DNA of 64,000 bases, taken from assembly GCA_030390025.1 (NCBI GenBank), contig CM059438.1:64482001-64546000 (forward strand). Direction: 5' to 3'. The notes under the pieces were generated by a model, which had not been told where the DNA came from, made no database searches, and saw only the letters and a program-made list of their open reading frames with translations. The DNA comes from Squalus acanthias (Eukaryota). The translations under genes and the position numbers were made by a program. This document shows, one piece after another, positions 39,086 through 52,597 of this stretch. Every line of letters begins with the position of its first letter. Within the stretch, counting starts at the first letter, position 1.

Positions 39086-39634
39086 TATGATTCTATAATA
39101 TTCTAGTACAAGCTCCCATTAAAAAAGTATCACAACATTTATCAGTTGCCCCTTGCTTTCTTTGGCCCTATTTGAGTAATGTGTTTTTTTATGGGCTGGA
39201 AATCGAGGACAGAAAGCTGACTGTATACCACGCTTTAATGAACACTCCCTCTCTTAATGCTGCATCAAACATATTGTAATGTTCATTATAACCATTGTGG
39301 GGATTGCTGGTTTCTAATATACAATCTTCAATTAAGCTGCACAATCTGTTCTCAAAGGAAATGTCTTCAGGATTCAAAGTCATAAAGGATTTGAAAAATC
39401 TCAAATGATTAGTTATGCTCTAAGCTTCTGTGTAGAGGAAACCCTACAGACCTGCATTTCTCTTGTTTTAAGGAGGATCATCGACAAGAAAAAGCTTTTG
39501 TGGAGCCCTTAGTTGTTTTATATCAGCGTCTGTGTGTGCATCATCGGGAAATTCGTCATTGGGTTCCTCGGACATTTCAGTATTCTGATAATTGACAGCA
39601 GGGTCTTCCCTTGCCCCAAACACTTTGGCACTTT

Positions 39635-40510
39635 GGGGGGAATTTTGCCGGCGCTCAGGGGGCAGGTTTGGAGGCGGGACTGCTGGCAAAATTGCAAAGA
39701 TTGACAGCGGGTCCCGAACCCGCTGTCAACCCGCCTCCATACAATCTTCCCAAGTGTCGTGTCCCCGATTTGAGCAGGGACCCAACACCTAGCAGTGGGA
39801 AGAGGATTATAGACACTTAACTGCCTGTTAACACATAGTTAACAGGCAGTTAAGAGGCTTTTTTCAATTTTGCCAGGTCGACTGCGTGCTTCCCGACGTC
39901 CGGACACCACGCCAGGTAAGTGTGGCGTGCTGTGGGTCTACTGTAAGGTTTGTGCATTGATGACAGTTGTGGAAGTGGTATGAAGGATCCAATGGTACAC
40001 TGGTGAGTTTCAGAGGTAAGAAAATGTTGGGAAAATCATTTTAATGTATTTATACTTTTCTGTAAGTAACAAGGTTTGAAGTGTTTGTGTAGTCCCACCT
40101 CATTGGGAGAACCTCTCTCATCAGTGACAGATCGCTTCTGTAACCTCACCTGCAGCTGCCATCTGTTTTATCCTAAGGAGAGAGTCTCTAGAGAGCCTGG
40201 GTGCAAGGGCTCACCTATGTACAGTGATTGGCAGTGTTTGCAGCACCTCAATGCTGTCAAACACTGAAAAATCAACTGTCAAAAAAAAAATGTGCGTGTC
40301 CACTTTAAGAAAACCGGCAGATGACGCGTCATCAACTAACATCATCTGACACCGGCTTTCTCTTAATTGACCGGCAAGCCCGCAGGGCGGGCTTAACAAA
40401 GCCAATTGACGTAAAATTACGTCTGTGCGTCGGGCGTCATTGTGGGTGGGATCAGAACCCACAAGTCAGCTGACCCGCTCCCAACTCGCACGAAAGGTAA
40501 GATCGCGCCC
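39635..40510. mobile_element. Non-autonomous Harbinger (second lineage)
   Basis: Termini GGGGGGAATTTTGCC / GGTAAGATCGCGCCC; TTT on both flanks; homologous to 17649-18491. Confidence 0.8.
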
Positions 40511-40854
40511 TTTGTCGTGAAGAGCGTGCCCCCTTTAAAAGTGGATCCGTACAGTTTCTCCTTCTAACACTAAATTGCTTGGCTAAACATGCACAAAGTT
40601 AGAGGAGTGAATCTGATGGTTGATGGCCTCATATTTTAAAGTCTTCTCGGTATATCTTTATTGAATGATCATCACCGCAGCCTGTATCCAGAAGTATCTA
40701 TGATTTGTGAGGAGCGCGATTGATAACCTGGCCGGTGATCCCTTCTCAATGAGTGCACGGCACATTTCCACAATCGCCACCTTCTTATTGGTGAGAAGCT
40801 GAGCCCATGTCTTTCCTGAGCTCTGGTTTCTCCCACTGTCCTTACTAAATGCTG

Positions 40855-41095
40855 GTTCACCAATGTCCTTTAGGGAAGGAAACTTGCCGTCTTTGCCCGG
40901 TCTGGCCTATATGTGACTCCAGTCCCACACCAACGTGCTTGACTCTTAACTGCCCTCTGAAAAGGCCTGTCAAACTACTTTGTTGTATCAAATCATTACT
41001 AAGTAGGTAGCCCCGCACCACCTTCTCAGGGCAAGTAGGGATGGGCAATAAGTGCCGGCCTTGCCAGCGATGTCAACATCCCAAGAATGACTAAA
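40855..41095 (+). mobile_element. SINE-like fragment sharing its 3' tail with the 43236-44545 LINE
   Basis: Non-LINE body GTCCTTTAGGGAAGGAAAC...GACTCTTAACTGCCCTCTGA, then tail CACCACCTTCTCAGGGCAAGTAGGGATGGGCAATAA. Confidence 0.6.
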
Positions 41096-41507
41096 AGGAC
41101 AGCATAAATTAAACCAGTATACAGAATGAAGATAAGATTGATATAAAGACATACATCGTTTAGTTGGGTTACCACAGGTGACCTCTGAGCCCCTAATCTA
41201 GGGGTGAGATAAATTAGCCAGAGCGTCTACCCTTGATTGTTGCCCAGTAACCCTCTTCCCCCCTCCCCCCACTAACGCTCCCCCCACCACCACCCCCCTC
41301 CCACCCCGTGGAAACTGCATGTACAGTTATTGAATGAGGACAATATTGCAGTATTGCGCTTGGCTGTAATGCCTTACATAATTCAATAACCTGCCTGATT
41401 GTCTCGCTTTACACCTGGAAAAGTGTCTACTTGGGTGAGGCACCAGAGGTCTACCGGCATCTGTGGAATGGTACCCCAGGAAACAGTCATCAGCTTCAGG
41501 AGATAAT

Positions 41508-42251
41508 GGGCCAGAAATTCGGCTCCCTGGCTTCCCGCGGGTGCAAGGATCGCGCGCGCACCTACCTACCGCGCCTGCCGTTGACCCCTGGGCCCACGAG
41601 GAATTCGGGTCCTGGGCCTCCTCCAACTGCCGGCGCGCAGTGCTTGTGTATCCCAGGGGCGCAGTTAGTGCGATGCGTCCCCTGGGATCACGTGGGCCAA
41701 TGGCAGCAGACCATCTTTCATTCATAGATTTGACAGGAAATCTATGAATACAGATCGGCCCTAAAACATCCCTAAAACGACAAATATTTTTTTTTTAAAT
41801 CACATTTTTAAAATAACTATAAATTACATTAATTAACTATTTTAAACAAAAATTTTAATTTTTGAAAAAATTAATTACACTTTTTAACAGGGTTAAAACT
41901 AAACTTACCTTTCTTTAAAGTAATTAAAAAAGATAAATCTGTGGAAAAAAATGTTTAAATTTTAATAAAATCAACACTTACCTTGTTAAAAGAAGGCCTT
42001 GCGCCTCCTTTTTCAAAGTGTATCTTCTCCATGCTTACCCTCACAGAGGAACCTGTAAAAAAACCCGAAGTGCGAGGCGAACGCGCTGGCCCTCCGGCGT
42101 GCGCGTTCGACCTCTGAACCCCTTTCCTCAGGGGAACGGAAGTGCCGGTTTCCCGCGCATGCGCAGTGCATGCAAGAAACCAGCACTTTCGTTCCGTCCA
42201 CAGGTGAGTACATAGTGCGTACTCACCCGTGGCGAGCCGAATTTCTGCCCC
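41508..42251. mobile_element. MITE, GGGCCAGAAATTC family, copy 3
   Basis: TIRs GGGCCAGAAATTCGGCTC / GAGCCGAATTTCTGCCCC; TSD AAT (41505-07, 42252-54). Confidence 0.9.
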
Positions 42252-42982
42252 AATGTTAGAGGAGAAAATATAGCAAAATGTGCAAGATTAATGTTCTGCT
42301 ATCTTTTGGGATAATAAACTAACCAATAAAAAATTGCTTTAACATGACTGTTGTATGCAAGGAGACGTTGTAAATAAGAACTGTTATGAAAAGTTTCTCA
42401 GGATCTCGGTCACCAAAGTATACTCTATTTTCGACTACTGGCTCTCAATGTACATTTTTAATTGATTTATTTTATTATTGTGGGGTTGGTGGATGATCTG
42501 CAGAGGGGAGGGTGTTTAAGAGCCCAGGAGAGGAAGGTTCGGTTGGAGCCTTGTGCATTCTAGTTGGTTATGAGATTCCTATCTCGCAATTAATAATGAA
42601 TATATTTTGCGAACAAACATAATTTTCTGTCCGCCTTCAGCTACTGCACTCCAATTGAGATGAAAGTGTCAGCTATGTATTGACCCAACAGTTCAGGCAA
42701 TAGAAAGTGCCAGCTGTTGGCTTGCTGATTGAGATTGTTGGTCACATGGAGACTGTAACAAATTCATGGAATAATTTGAGAGCCTGCGTAGCTTGGAACG
42801 TTTCCTTGGTCAGGCAGGTTTGGCGATGCTATTCCTTCAATCACGTCTCAGTCTCTCTCTGAAAATAGGATAGAGAAATCCTTCCAATAGTTTGTAAATC
42901 CAGATGAGATGAATTGTTTGGAGCTTGGCAGAAAGAGAAGCTGCTGACTTTCTCAACAAGGTGTCTTTTATTACTGCCAACT

Positions 42983-43160
42983 TGGCTCAGTGCCAGCACT
43001 CTCACATCTAAGCTGGAAAATTCAGGTCTCAAGCCCCAATCTTGGACTGGAGCACATCATCTAGTTTAGTACTGCACTGAAGTGAGTACTGCATTGTTAG
43101 AGGTGCCATCTTTCAGATGAAACATTAAACAAAAGTCCTATCTGCCTGTTCGGCTGATGG
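42983..43160 (+). mobile_element. Decayed Deu-SINE 5' half
   Basis: TGGCTCAGTG box A-like head; AGGTGCCATCTTTCAGATGAAACATTAAAC Deu core. Confidence 0.6.
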
Positions 43161-43164
43161 TAAA

Positions 43165-44920
43165 AAGAAAGAGAATTTACATTTATATAACGCCTTTCAC
43201 AGTCTCGGGACCTCCCAAAGTGCTTTACAGCCAATTTTTTTGTATTCGTTCCTGGGATGTGGGCATCGCTGGCAAGGCCAGCATTTATTGCCCATTCCTA
43301 ATTGCCCTTGAGGAGGTGGTGGTGAGCCGCCTTCTTGAACCGCTGCAGTCCGTGTGGTGAAGGTACTCCCACAGTGCTGTTAGGGAGGGAACTCCAGGAT
43401 TTTGACCCAGCGACGATGAAGGAACTGCGATATAATTCCAAGTCAGGATGGTGTGTGACTTGGAGGGGAACTTGGAGGTGGTGGTGTTTCCAGGCGCCTG
43501 CTGCCCTTGTCCTTCTAGGTGTTAGAGGTCGCGGGTTTGGGAGCTGCTGCCGAAGAAGCCTTGGCGAGTTGCTGCAGTGCATCTTGTAGATGGTACACAC
43601 TGCAGCCACGGTGCGCTGGTGGTGCAGGGAGTGAATGTTGAAGGTGGTGGATGGGGTGCCAATCAAGCGGGCTACTTTGTCCCAGATGGTGTCAAGCTCC
43701 TTGAGTGTTGTTGCACTCATCCAGTCAAGTGGAGAGTATTCCATCACACTCCTGACTTGTGCCTTGTAGATGGTGGAAAGGCTTTGGGGAGTCAAGAGGT
43801 GAGTCAGTCGCTGCAGAATATCCAGCCTCTGACCTGCTCTTGTAGTCACAGTATTTATGTGGCTGGTCCAGTTAAGTTTCTGGTCAATGGTGACCCCCAG
43901 GATGTTGATGATGGGGGATTCGGTGATGGTAATGTCGGTGAATGTCAAGGGGCGGTGGTTAGACTCTCGCTTGTTAGAGATAGTCATTGTTTGGCACTTG
44001 TGTGGCATGAATGCTACTTGCCACTTACCAGCCCAAGCCTGAATGTCATCCAGGTCTTGTTGCATTCAGGCATGGACTGCTTCATTATCTGAGGAGTTGC
44101 GAATGGCGCTGAACACTGAGCAATCATCATCGAACATCCCCACTTCTGATCTTATGATGGAGGGAAGGTCAATGATGAAGCAGCTGAAGATGGTTGGGCC
44201 TAGGACTCTGCCCTGAGGAACTCCAGCAGCGATGTCCTGGGGCTGTGATGATTGACCTCCAACAACTACAACCATCTTCCTTTGTGCTAGGTATGACTCC
44301 AGCCAGTGGAGAGTTTTCCCCCTGATGCCCATTGACTTCAGTTGTACGAGGGGTCCTTGATGCCACACTCAGTCAAATGCTGCCTTGATGCCAACGGCAG
44401 TCACTCTCACCTCACCTCTGGAATTAAGCTCTTTTGTCCATGTTTGGATCAATGCTGTAATAAAGCCTGGAGCTGAGTGGTTCTGGCAGAACCCAAACTG
44501 AGCATTGGTGAGCAGTTTATTGGTGAGTAAGTGCCACTTGATAGCAATTAAGTACTGCATGTAATGTAGGGAAACATGGAAGCTAATTTGCACACTGCAA
44601 GGTCCCACAAACAGCAAGGAGATACGTGACCAGATAAATTGTCTTTAGTGATGTTGATTGAGGGATAAATATTATCCAGGGTGCTGGGAGAACACCCTGG
44701 TCCTCTTTGAATGGTGTCCTGAGAACTTTTATGTGCACTTGAGATGGCAGACAGGAACTCGGTTTAATGTCTCATGTGATGGACGCCACCTCCGACAGTG
44801 CAGCGCTCCCTCAGTAAGTGTGAGTCTTCACAATGCACTCAAACCTCTGTAGTGGTGCTTGAACCCACGACCTTCTGACTCATAAGGCAAGAGTGCTACC
44901 TCTGAGCCAAGGCTGACACC
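43165..44920 (-). mobile_element. Deu-SINE split by a LINE insertion (SINE parts ~43165-43235 and ~44546-44920)
   Basis: Tail, Deu domain and tRNA head are colinear once the LINE is removed. Confidence 0.7.
43236..44545 (-). mobile_element. Non-LTR retrotransposon (CR1/L2-group, distinct family), decayed RT
   Basis: Minus ORFs QFGF...IKAAFD, GVPQGRVLGP, MFDDDC, ILGVTID, YKAQVRSVMEY; 3' tail GGGCAATAAATGCTGGCC. Confidence 0.9.
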
Positions 44921-45419
44921 TATCCGATATGAAGAATAACAGAACGTTCTCTTGCTGAACTGGGCAACATTCCTCTCTTAACCAACACCATCAAAAATAG
45001 ATTAGCTGTTCAACTCGGTTAGTGTTCGTGAGAACTTCCTGTGTGCAAATTACTTTGTGTTCCTTAATAACAACAGTGGCTGTACTTCAAAATTAATTCA
45101 TTGGTGGTGAAGTGCTCTGGGACACCCTGAGGACACGATAAGGCAATATATAAATGGAAGTTCTTTCAGCTTGTTCAGGAAAATATGTTGTGCAGCCTGC
45201 TTCATAACATTCACCCTGTGAGATATTGGTTTTAAGAATGTCAATATAGTGACAACACTTAAGAAAAGTTTAAATGGACCTGAATGGTGTATACTTAGAA
45301 TTGTAGCTAAAACACTGAATTCTAAATATTGACCTCTGGTATCAATCGTGTATGTCCCAAATTGAAACATTTAAATATTGGCTTCCATGATTTGATAGTA
45401 AACTTGTGACAAGTATGTA

Positions 45420-46046
45420 GAGGCATACATAGAGGCATAGAGTACAAAAGCAAGGAAGTTATGATGAACCTTTATAAAACACTGGTCCGACCTCAACTGG
45501 AGTATTGCGTCCAATTCTGGGCACCACATTTTAGGAGGGATGTGAAGGCCCTAGAGAGGGTGCAGAAAAGATTTACAAGAATGGTTCCAAGGATGAGGGA
45601 TTTCAGTTACGTGGATAGACTGGGAAAGCTGGGGTTGTGCTCCTTAGAGCAGAGAAGGTTGAGTGGAGATTTGATAGAGGTGTTCAAAATCATGATCGGT
45701 CTAGACAGAGTAGATAGAGAGAAACTGTTCCCATTAGCGGAAGGGTTGAGAACCAGAGGACACAGATTGAAGGTGATTGGCTGAAAACCAAAGGCTACAT
45801 GAGGAAAAACTTTTTTACGCAGCGAGTGGTTATGATCTGGAATGCTCTGCCTGAGAGGGTGGTGGAGGCAGATTCAATTGTGGCTTCCAAAAGGGAGTTG
45901 GATAAGCACCTGAAGGAAAAAAATTTGCAGGGCTACGGGGAAAGGGTAGGGGAGTGGGACTAGCTGAAGTGCTCTTGCAGAGAGCCGGCACGGGCTCGAC
46001 GGGCCAAATGGCCTCCTTCTGTGCTGTAACCATTCTATAATTCTAT
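45420..46046 (+). mobile_element. CR1 3' fragment
   Basis: ORF 45461-45784 [17 protein letters not shown]...RTRGH; ATTCTAT tail. Confidence 0.9.
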
Positions 46047-47084
46047 GTCCTTAATTTTCTTGAGCGTAGTTTACACTGAGGTTAAACATGAGTTTGTGAG
46101 AGGGCTCGCAATGCATGCCTACACTAACGTACGCAGAGGTTTAGCCCTGTAGGTTATCTCGTTATCAAGCTCCAATTTCAACTGGCCAGTCTTGAGAAGA
46201 CACTGAATTAAGGGAGATAAGAAAGACCCATCCCCACATAAAGAGAGGGTAGATAAAAGCCATACCAACGAATACCGTCAAGAGCGACCTGGACATGTCA
46301 GGGTGTCATTTCTTTACTGTGTGTGTTCTGCATGACTAAATGCTTTTTAAAGGGAGAAAGTGGATCAGGGGAACACAGTGGAATGGGAGAGGAAATAAAT
46401 CTAGGAAGTTGGGAAGGGGTGGGATAGAGAGTTCCTAGAAAAGGTGCTGAGGTCTGAAATAAATAAAGAGAAAAAAGTCTTCTAAAAATGCATGTTCAAT
46501 GAGCACACAGTACATAGAATATACAGCAGACAAGTATACTGTCTATAATGGTGAAATCAACAATGGATTATTGCTACATAGCAACAAAGCATATTTCTGC
46601 TGGTAAATTAATTTGGTATTCCAATGTCCTCTACTCTGTCTACACACATTTTAAAACATGCTGATACTATCGACTTTACCTACATCAAGACATTTAAGGA
46701 AATCACTGGGGTACAGCAGTTTGTAGTCAAGATGTTTCTCAAGGCCCCAGGATTTGCCGCTACCTTTGTGATCTCTTTTGCCTTATGTTCCCACATATAC
46801 TGCTTTGTTGCTCCAATACCAGGCTTCTCCTCACCCCTCACCTTCCTCCACTCCACCACTGGTGGCTGCACGTTAAACCACGACACTCCACCCCTCAGAA
46901 GCTTTCAATCTAGTACCCTCTGCCTGCCACCTCACCCCCTGCTTTCAGAAACCTTCTCAACACTTTCCTCTTCAACTACACCTTTGCTTTATCATCCTCA
47001 TCTCTCCTTTTCATTTTTCCCCTTTCTTCATCCCAATGCCCGCAGTCATCTCCTGGGTGAGGCAAAAAAGCAGAGAATAAGCCA

Positions 47085-47601
47085 GGGCCAATAATTTGCA
47101 CATTAATAGCTCATTAAACTTGCCACAGAAAGTTAAGTCTGGTCATTAAAAGAGTAAGTACCTTTTTAACGAATTGTAGAGAGCCAGCACGGACTCGATG
47201 GGCCAAATGGGAGCAATTTAAAGTGTTCAATCTCATTCCTGCATGTATTCCACTGTTAGAGATTTTAAAAATGTCAAATTTTAATTAAAAAAATGTTTTT
47301 CTTACTTTTCCTCTCTCTTTTTTCACTCTCTTAATCCAATCTTTCTTTCCCTCTCTTTATTTCTCTTTCTGTACCTGATTTGCCTCTAATTCACCCTCCT
47401 TCTTCGTTGTTCCTCTGTTTCTTTCTCAATCCTTAAATCTCATTGGTTAAGGAGATGTTTCTGCCGTTCACTAATGTCCCAGATCCCCTGTTGCCCTCGT
47501 CGTTAACAGCTCGCACTTCCAGAAAGTTATGGCACAAAAAATTTCAGCTGAAGGTTGCAGAAAGAATTCTAATGAACTGGGCAGGCCATAAGATTTGGCC
47601 C
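47085..47601. mobile_element. Probable MITE
   Basis: Termini GGGCCAATAATT / AAGATTTGGCCC; internal homology to 35090-35573. Confidence 0.5.
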
Positions 47602-48530
47602 ATTAATCTTGTATCCAGAGCCAAGCACAGCAAGTTCCCTGACAATTTCTTCCTACCTCGGATTGCTTGCATGAATGACAGCTGCACGGAGTTAGTTAAG
47701 ATGGCTGAGCAACCAGGAGCACAGTTTTTAAACACTAGGGTCTTTGTTTAAGTTTTATATCAATGGACAATGACAAATGGTGCAAATATCCCCCTCCGTC
47801 CACGTTCTGAGCCTTCCATATCTGAACGTTTTCCGAGTTTGCTTTCTTCTCCATTTCAATTCTAAGTCCTTTTCAGGTGCAGAAGGGTTACAGCTTTTCA
47901 AAAAAAAAAGACAAATGAACTGTAGTATTTGAACTCGTTCCTTTGTAGTTTGATGAAATTTGTCCATTATTCTTCAGCCAAAATGGACCACAGAATTTTG
48001 ATCCACTCATGACCTATTACAGCTTTTAGCGAGTTCCCAATCCACTATCAGGTTGTACAAAGCAAGAACCACATTAAAGATGCCTTCAACAACTCTAATG
48101 GGATACTTAAAAGCTTATTCAACAGGCTATACATTGAATCGATCAGGATTGTAATATTGGCAAGACTTTTTGGGCGAGAAATTCATTAGCGTCCAGGAAT
48201 GGGAGCTAACTTTGGAAAAGTTTGAGATTTAGCGCCAGGCGCTAATGAATCTCGCTGCACGCAAATTTCATTGTCGTCACTCAAAGAAAGGATGGGAGCG
48301 CTAAATCAAGTGCTAACGGCCTAGTTCAGTGGCGTTACACTCAAAGGGTGGACCAATATCAGGTGCAGTCTAATCGCAAGTCAACATTGCCACAGGCTCT
48401 TTCCAGTTTTTAAAGGGAAGGTTTGTTCATGCTGCAGAACCTCATTCTCAGCATTGCTGGCTGTGAACCTGTGTCAGCAAGCTGAATCAGGCCAAGCCCA
48501 AGGAGCCGGACGACTCGAGCAGGTTGCATG

Positions 48531-50136
48531 ATGGCAGATCCACGCCACAGGGAGAGAGCTTGCAGATTCTGCGACCAGGCATTGGAGGAGTTGGTGTCCG
48601 CTGTGGAGAGACGGAGGGCGATGCTCTATCCGGCAAGTGGTAGGAGGCCCTCGGCGCAAGTCTTCTGCGCCATGTGGAGGGAGGTAGCCCATCAGGTCTC
48701 GGGCAGCACTGTGGTCCCCAGGACCCACACACAGTGCAGGAAGAAATTTAACGACCTCACTCGGGTGGTCAGGGTGAGTCAATGCTTCAACAAATGCTAC
48801 ATACCACCATCTGAACCTCAGTCTGCACACACTGCCCAAAGCACCACACCCCCAGCAGTCACCCACCGACAATCTCCACCTACCAACACTCACACCCACA
48901 TCTCACGCCTCACACACAATGACAGCTATTCAACTATGGCAGGCACATCATCCAAACACATTGCTCCATACTCACTCACACACTTTCCTTTCTCTTACAG
49001 GCCAAGGTGGCGCACAACAGGAGGGAGCAGGAGCGCACAGGCCGGGGACAAGCCGACACCCAATCACTGTCTGAGCTGGAGGATAGAGTGCTGCAAATCA
49101 TTGGTGGTGGGTGCCATGGCCACCGGCGACATTGACCCCCTTGGGGACAACAACGGTATGTTCATCCCAACTCCTTCGTCTCACATCCCACTTCCCCCTC
49201 ACCCCACAAGCCTTTTGCACTTTCCAGCTAATCGTGCTGTATGCATACATTTCTCCCTTCCTGCCCCCCTCCCCTCAACTTAACCCGACTCTTGTGCCTT
49301 TATGCTTTCAGATAATGAGAAAGCATCTGAACAGACTGTCCCTGAGGGCACCATAGAGAGCGAGGTGGGAGAAGAGGAGGAGGAAGAACACACCGCGTCA
49401 CTGCATGTCTCACCCGCAGGTACCAGCTCAGATACTGGCACTACGCGGTCTTTAGAGGCTAGTATAGTAGCGGGATCTGCACAGGGTGATGCGGGGTCGA
49501 GCGGGCTGCAGCAAGGCCAGGGGGAAAGGGTAGCTCGGAAGCCAGCTCTCCGGAGGGCAAGTTCACGCGTGAGTTCTGCTGCACAGGACTCAGATGAGGA
49601 CCTCGATGGGGAGGCCTTTAGAAGAAGGGTGATGAGCATGCACACGGAGATGATAGATGCAATGGCAAGGGTGCCTGAGAGCCTGTCAGCAATGGTAAGA
49701 AGCATGAGGAGTCCGGGGCTTTCACGGTGTCGCAGCAGGCCAGCAATCTGAGCTGCAACGGATTGCTAGGGACGCTGAGGTGCTGCCCCGGGGGAGTCGC
49801 AGTGGGTCAGTGGAGCAGGAAGCTGCTGTCCTCTCTCAGGATGACAGCGTTCCTGCTCCCACCGCTGGCACTCCGCCATTGCCCTTGTCGCTGCCTGTCA
49901 TCCAGCCTTCCCAGATTGCTGCCGCCCATGCTGAGGTGGTGCAGTGTATAGCCAGGCCTTCCAGGCCCAGAGCTGGTCGAGGGTAGCCTGCAAGGCCATC
50001 TGAAGTCTCCCGCACGGACACTCAGCAGCCTTCCACCCGCAATGCTGCAGCCACTGGGCCAACACTTCGTAGGAGCACTAGAGTAGGCAAAGGCACTGCA
50101 ATGACAGGCACTAAGGGATTGCACAAGGGTGAATAG
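48531..50136 (+). pseudogene. Harbinger Myb/SANT-like DNA-binding protein, three exons (48531-48773, 49001-49155, 49312-~50136), frameshifted
   Basis: RFCDQALEELVSAV...W.EVA.QVS...RTHTQCRKKFNDL; GTGAGT/TTACAG and GTATGT/TTTCAG introns; exon 2 length is out of phase by one base. Confidence 0.85.
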
Positions 50137-50294
50137 TAAATATTGTTGTTGTAAAGATGCATTCACTGATAAATTTATTAATTCACTTCGGATAATTTTG
50201 TACTGTCTCTCATTTCAGCTGTGTGCTGTGATATGGTCTGTAACAGGGATGGAATGATGGGGATGTGGTGAGCAACGGGGATCTGGGGTTTAAT

Positions 50295-51434
50295 TTATTG
50301 GGACCGCAGTCTGATGAGGTGGTCACGGACCGCCCTTCCAGACTTCTGATTGAGTGGCTGCTTCCTCACTCGCTCCTGTTCTCCTCCTCCTCCTCCTCAT
50401 CCTCCTCTCCCTCTTCCTCCTCTCCCTCTTCCTCCTCCTGAGGTGGCCCCACAATCCCTGCTGGCAAGGGCTGGGCCCACATGATGGCCAGATTGATGAG
50501 CGTGCGGCAGACCACGACGAAATGGGACACCCGCTCTGGCGAGTACTGGACGGCTCCTCCCAGTTGGTCAAGGCAGCGGAACCGTTGCTTGAGCACCCCG
50601 ATGGTCTGCTCGATGATGTTCCTGGTGGCAGCATGGCCCTCATTATATGAGTGCTGTGCAGGAGTGTCGGAGTTGCAGAGGGGAGTCATGAGCCAGGTGG
50701 AGAGCGGATACCCCTTGTCTACCCCCAGCCACGAGTTTGATGTGGTGGCTGGAAGAGTGCTGGCGCAGGATGAAGGCATCGTGGCTGCTGCCAGGATAGC
50801 GGGCATTGATTGAGGATTCGCTGTCTGTGGTCGCAAACCAACTGGACATTAAGTGAGTGGTAGCCTTTGCAGTTACGGAAGATCTCAGGATTGTTATGTG
50901 GTGCCCGCAAAGCCACGTGGGTGCAGTCAATGGCGCCCTGCACCGTGGGGAATCCCGCTATCCTGGCAAAGCCACATGCACACTCGTGCTGCTTCTCTCT
51001 GGTGATGGGGAAGGAAATGTAATCCCTTCTCCTACTGTAGAGAGCCTCTGTTACTGCGAGATATTACCTATATCTCCTATTGCAGTCTGGAAGGATCCGC
51101 TGGCGAAGAAATTGAGGGTGACAGTGACCTTGACTGCCACTGAGAGAGCCGTGGTCACCCTGATCTGAGGCTCGAGGTCTGGTTGCAGGAGGTGGCAGAG
51201 TTCTGTGACCACCTCCTTGGTGAAGTGGAGCCTTCTAAGATACTGCTCCTCGCTTAATTGGAGGTAGGAGAAGTGCTCTCGGAATACCCTCGGAGGGTAA
51301 GGCTACCTGTTGAGAGCCCTCATGACCCTTCTCCTCCCTCTGGGCACAAGTTCCAGTCTTTCTCGCTGCCTTCACTCCCTCCGCCGTAGATCCTGGAGGG
51401 TGAGGGCGAGGTCGACTGCCAGTACAGCCCCCAT
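50295..51434 (-). pseudogene. Harbinger DDE transposase (HARBI1-like), broken
   Basis: QGAIDCTHV, KGYHSLNVQLVCD, YPGSSHDAFIL, DKGYPL..WLMTP and RNIIEQTIGVLKQRFRCL spread over three frames. Confidence 0.92.
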
Positions 51435-52597
51435 TAATGTAACCAAGTGTAGCACTTTGATATTTTGTGAGAATAAGTGTAACTAATTTTCAGTAGCCAC
51501 AACACTCCGGAGACTAAACAACCTTTAAATGATTGATTTAAATGGTTGCACAATGTCAAACTGACAAGGAAGTAGTGAAACAGCACTGACATGACAGCTA
51601 TGACTCATTACTCATGATCCCTTTAAGTAGCGCTGGCTATCAACTGCTTCACGCCTCCTCTCCCTGTCACTGTTGGGGCGAGGCGCTGAGACAGGGGACG
51701 ATACTCAATTTGGTAGATCGGGCGTCCAGTGAGCGTTGCATGCTCACTGACGTCATGATCTGCCTGGTGCTGAAGTCCCCGGCGCTAACTCACAGCGGCG
51801 GCTCTACGGGGGTGCCAAATTTGGCATGTGGCACTAGATTCACCTCGCCGCGGCGCTACTGCCTTAGTGCCCCATTAGCGCCCCCGCCAGGTGCTAACTG
51901 GAGACGCTAAGGTACCGAATTTCTCCCCCTTTATTTCTAGGGCAGCTAACCCTCCAAAGTAACTCATTTGGGACAGGACTGGAATGGAAGAAATTAAGTG
52001 CCCCTGTTCTCCAAAGTTACTCAAGCAATCCAACAGCACACAAGAGTTCTCTAAGTAAATGTGGTGTGTAAAAGTATTGGTACAGAATCTTTATTTGTTC
52101 TACTTCCATCTGAACCTGAGTGACCTTTTCCTTTTGAAGCACTTCTAATCCATCCCATTAGGAGGAATCCAATACAGCTTCCTGTGCCCTTTTTCATTGG
52201 CACAAGCATCAAAGATCAATCCCATGTTGTCTTTATTAGGTATAAATCAAGTGAAGTCCAGGACTTTAACATTGGAGCCTTAATGACCTGCACCTAATGC
52301 ATATGGCCTTGCTTTCTGAAACAATAGGCCAAATGGTTTTTGTTTATTCTTTAAATAAATATTGCCACACCAACAAGCAGTTACAAAAAATGCTTTAACC
52401 AATTGTGTTGTAAAAGCATTGAGCTCTGGTGAGCCACGCACAGGGTCATATTGCAACACAAGCTTTTGGGTTGAACAAACTGGGGATAGGATCGTTGCTG
52501 TCGTGGGAATGCTGGCTTCCTACTACACCTTAGTTTGATGTTTTTAGAGTTTCAAGAAATTGCTGGTCTCGATTTCATCTCTGAAGATCGAGAGCTT

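Larger units (their letters stand above)
48172..51929. mobile_element. Full-length PIF/Harbinger DNA transposon (decayed)
   Basis: TIRs GGGCGAGAAATTC / GAATTTCTCCCCC; TTT on both flanks; convergent Myb/SANT and DDE transposase genes. Confidence 0.92.

Noticed and set aside
6336..44092. Numerous antisense and GC-rich ORFs (e.g. 6336-6602, 20689-21186, 28049-28453, 35642-36154, 43577-44092)
   Set aside because: They are shadows of LINE ORF2 or stop-poor MITE sequence, not genes
50295..51434. Domesticated host HARBI1 gene
   Set aside because: Frameshifts and stops, and it lies inside TIRs together with a Myb partner
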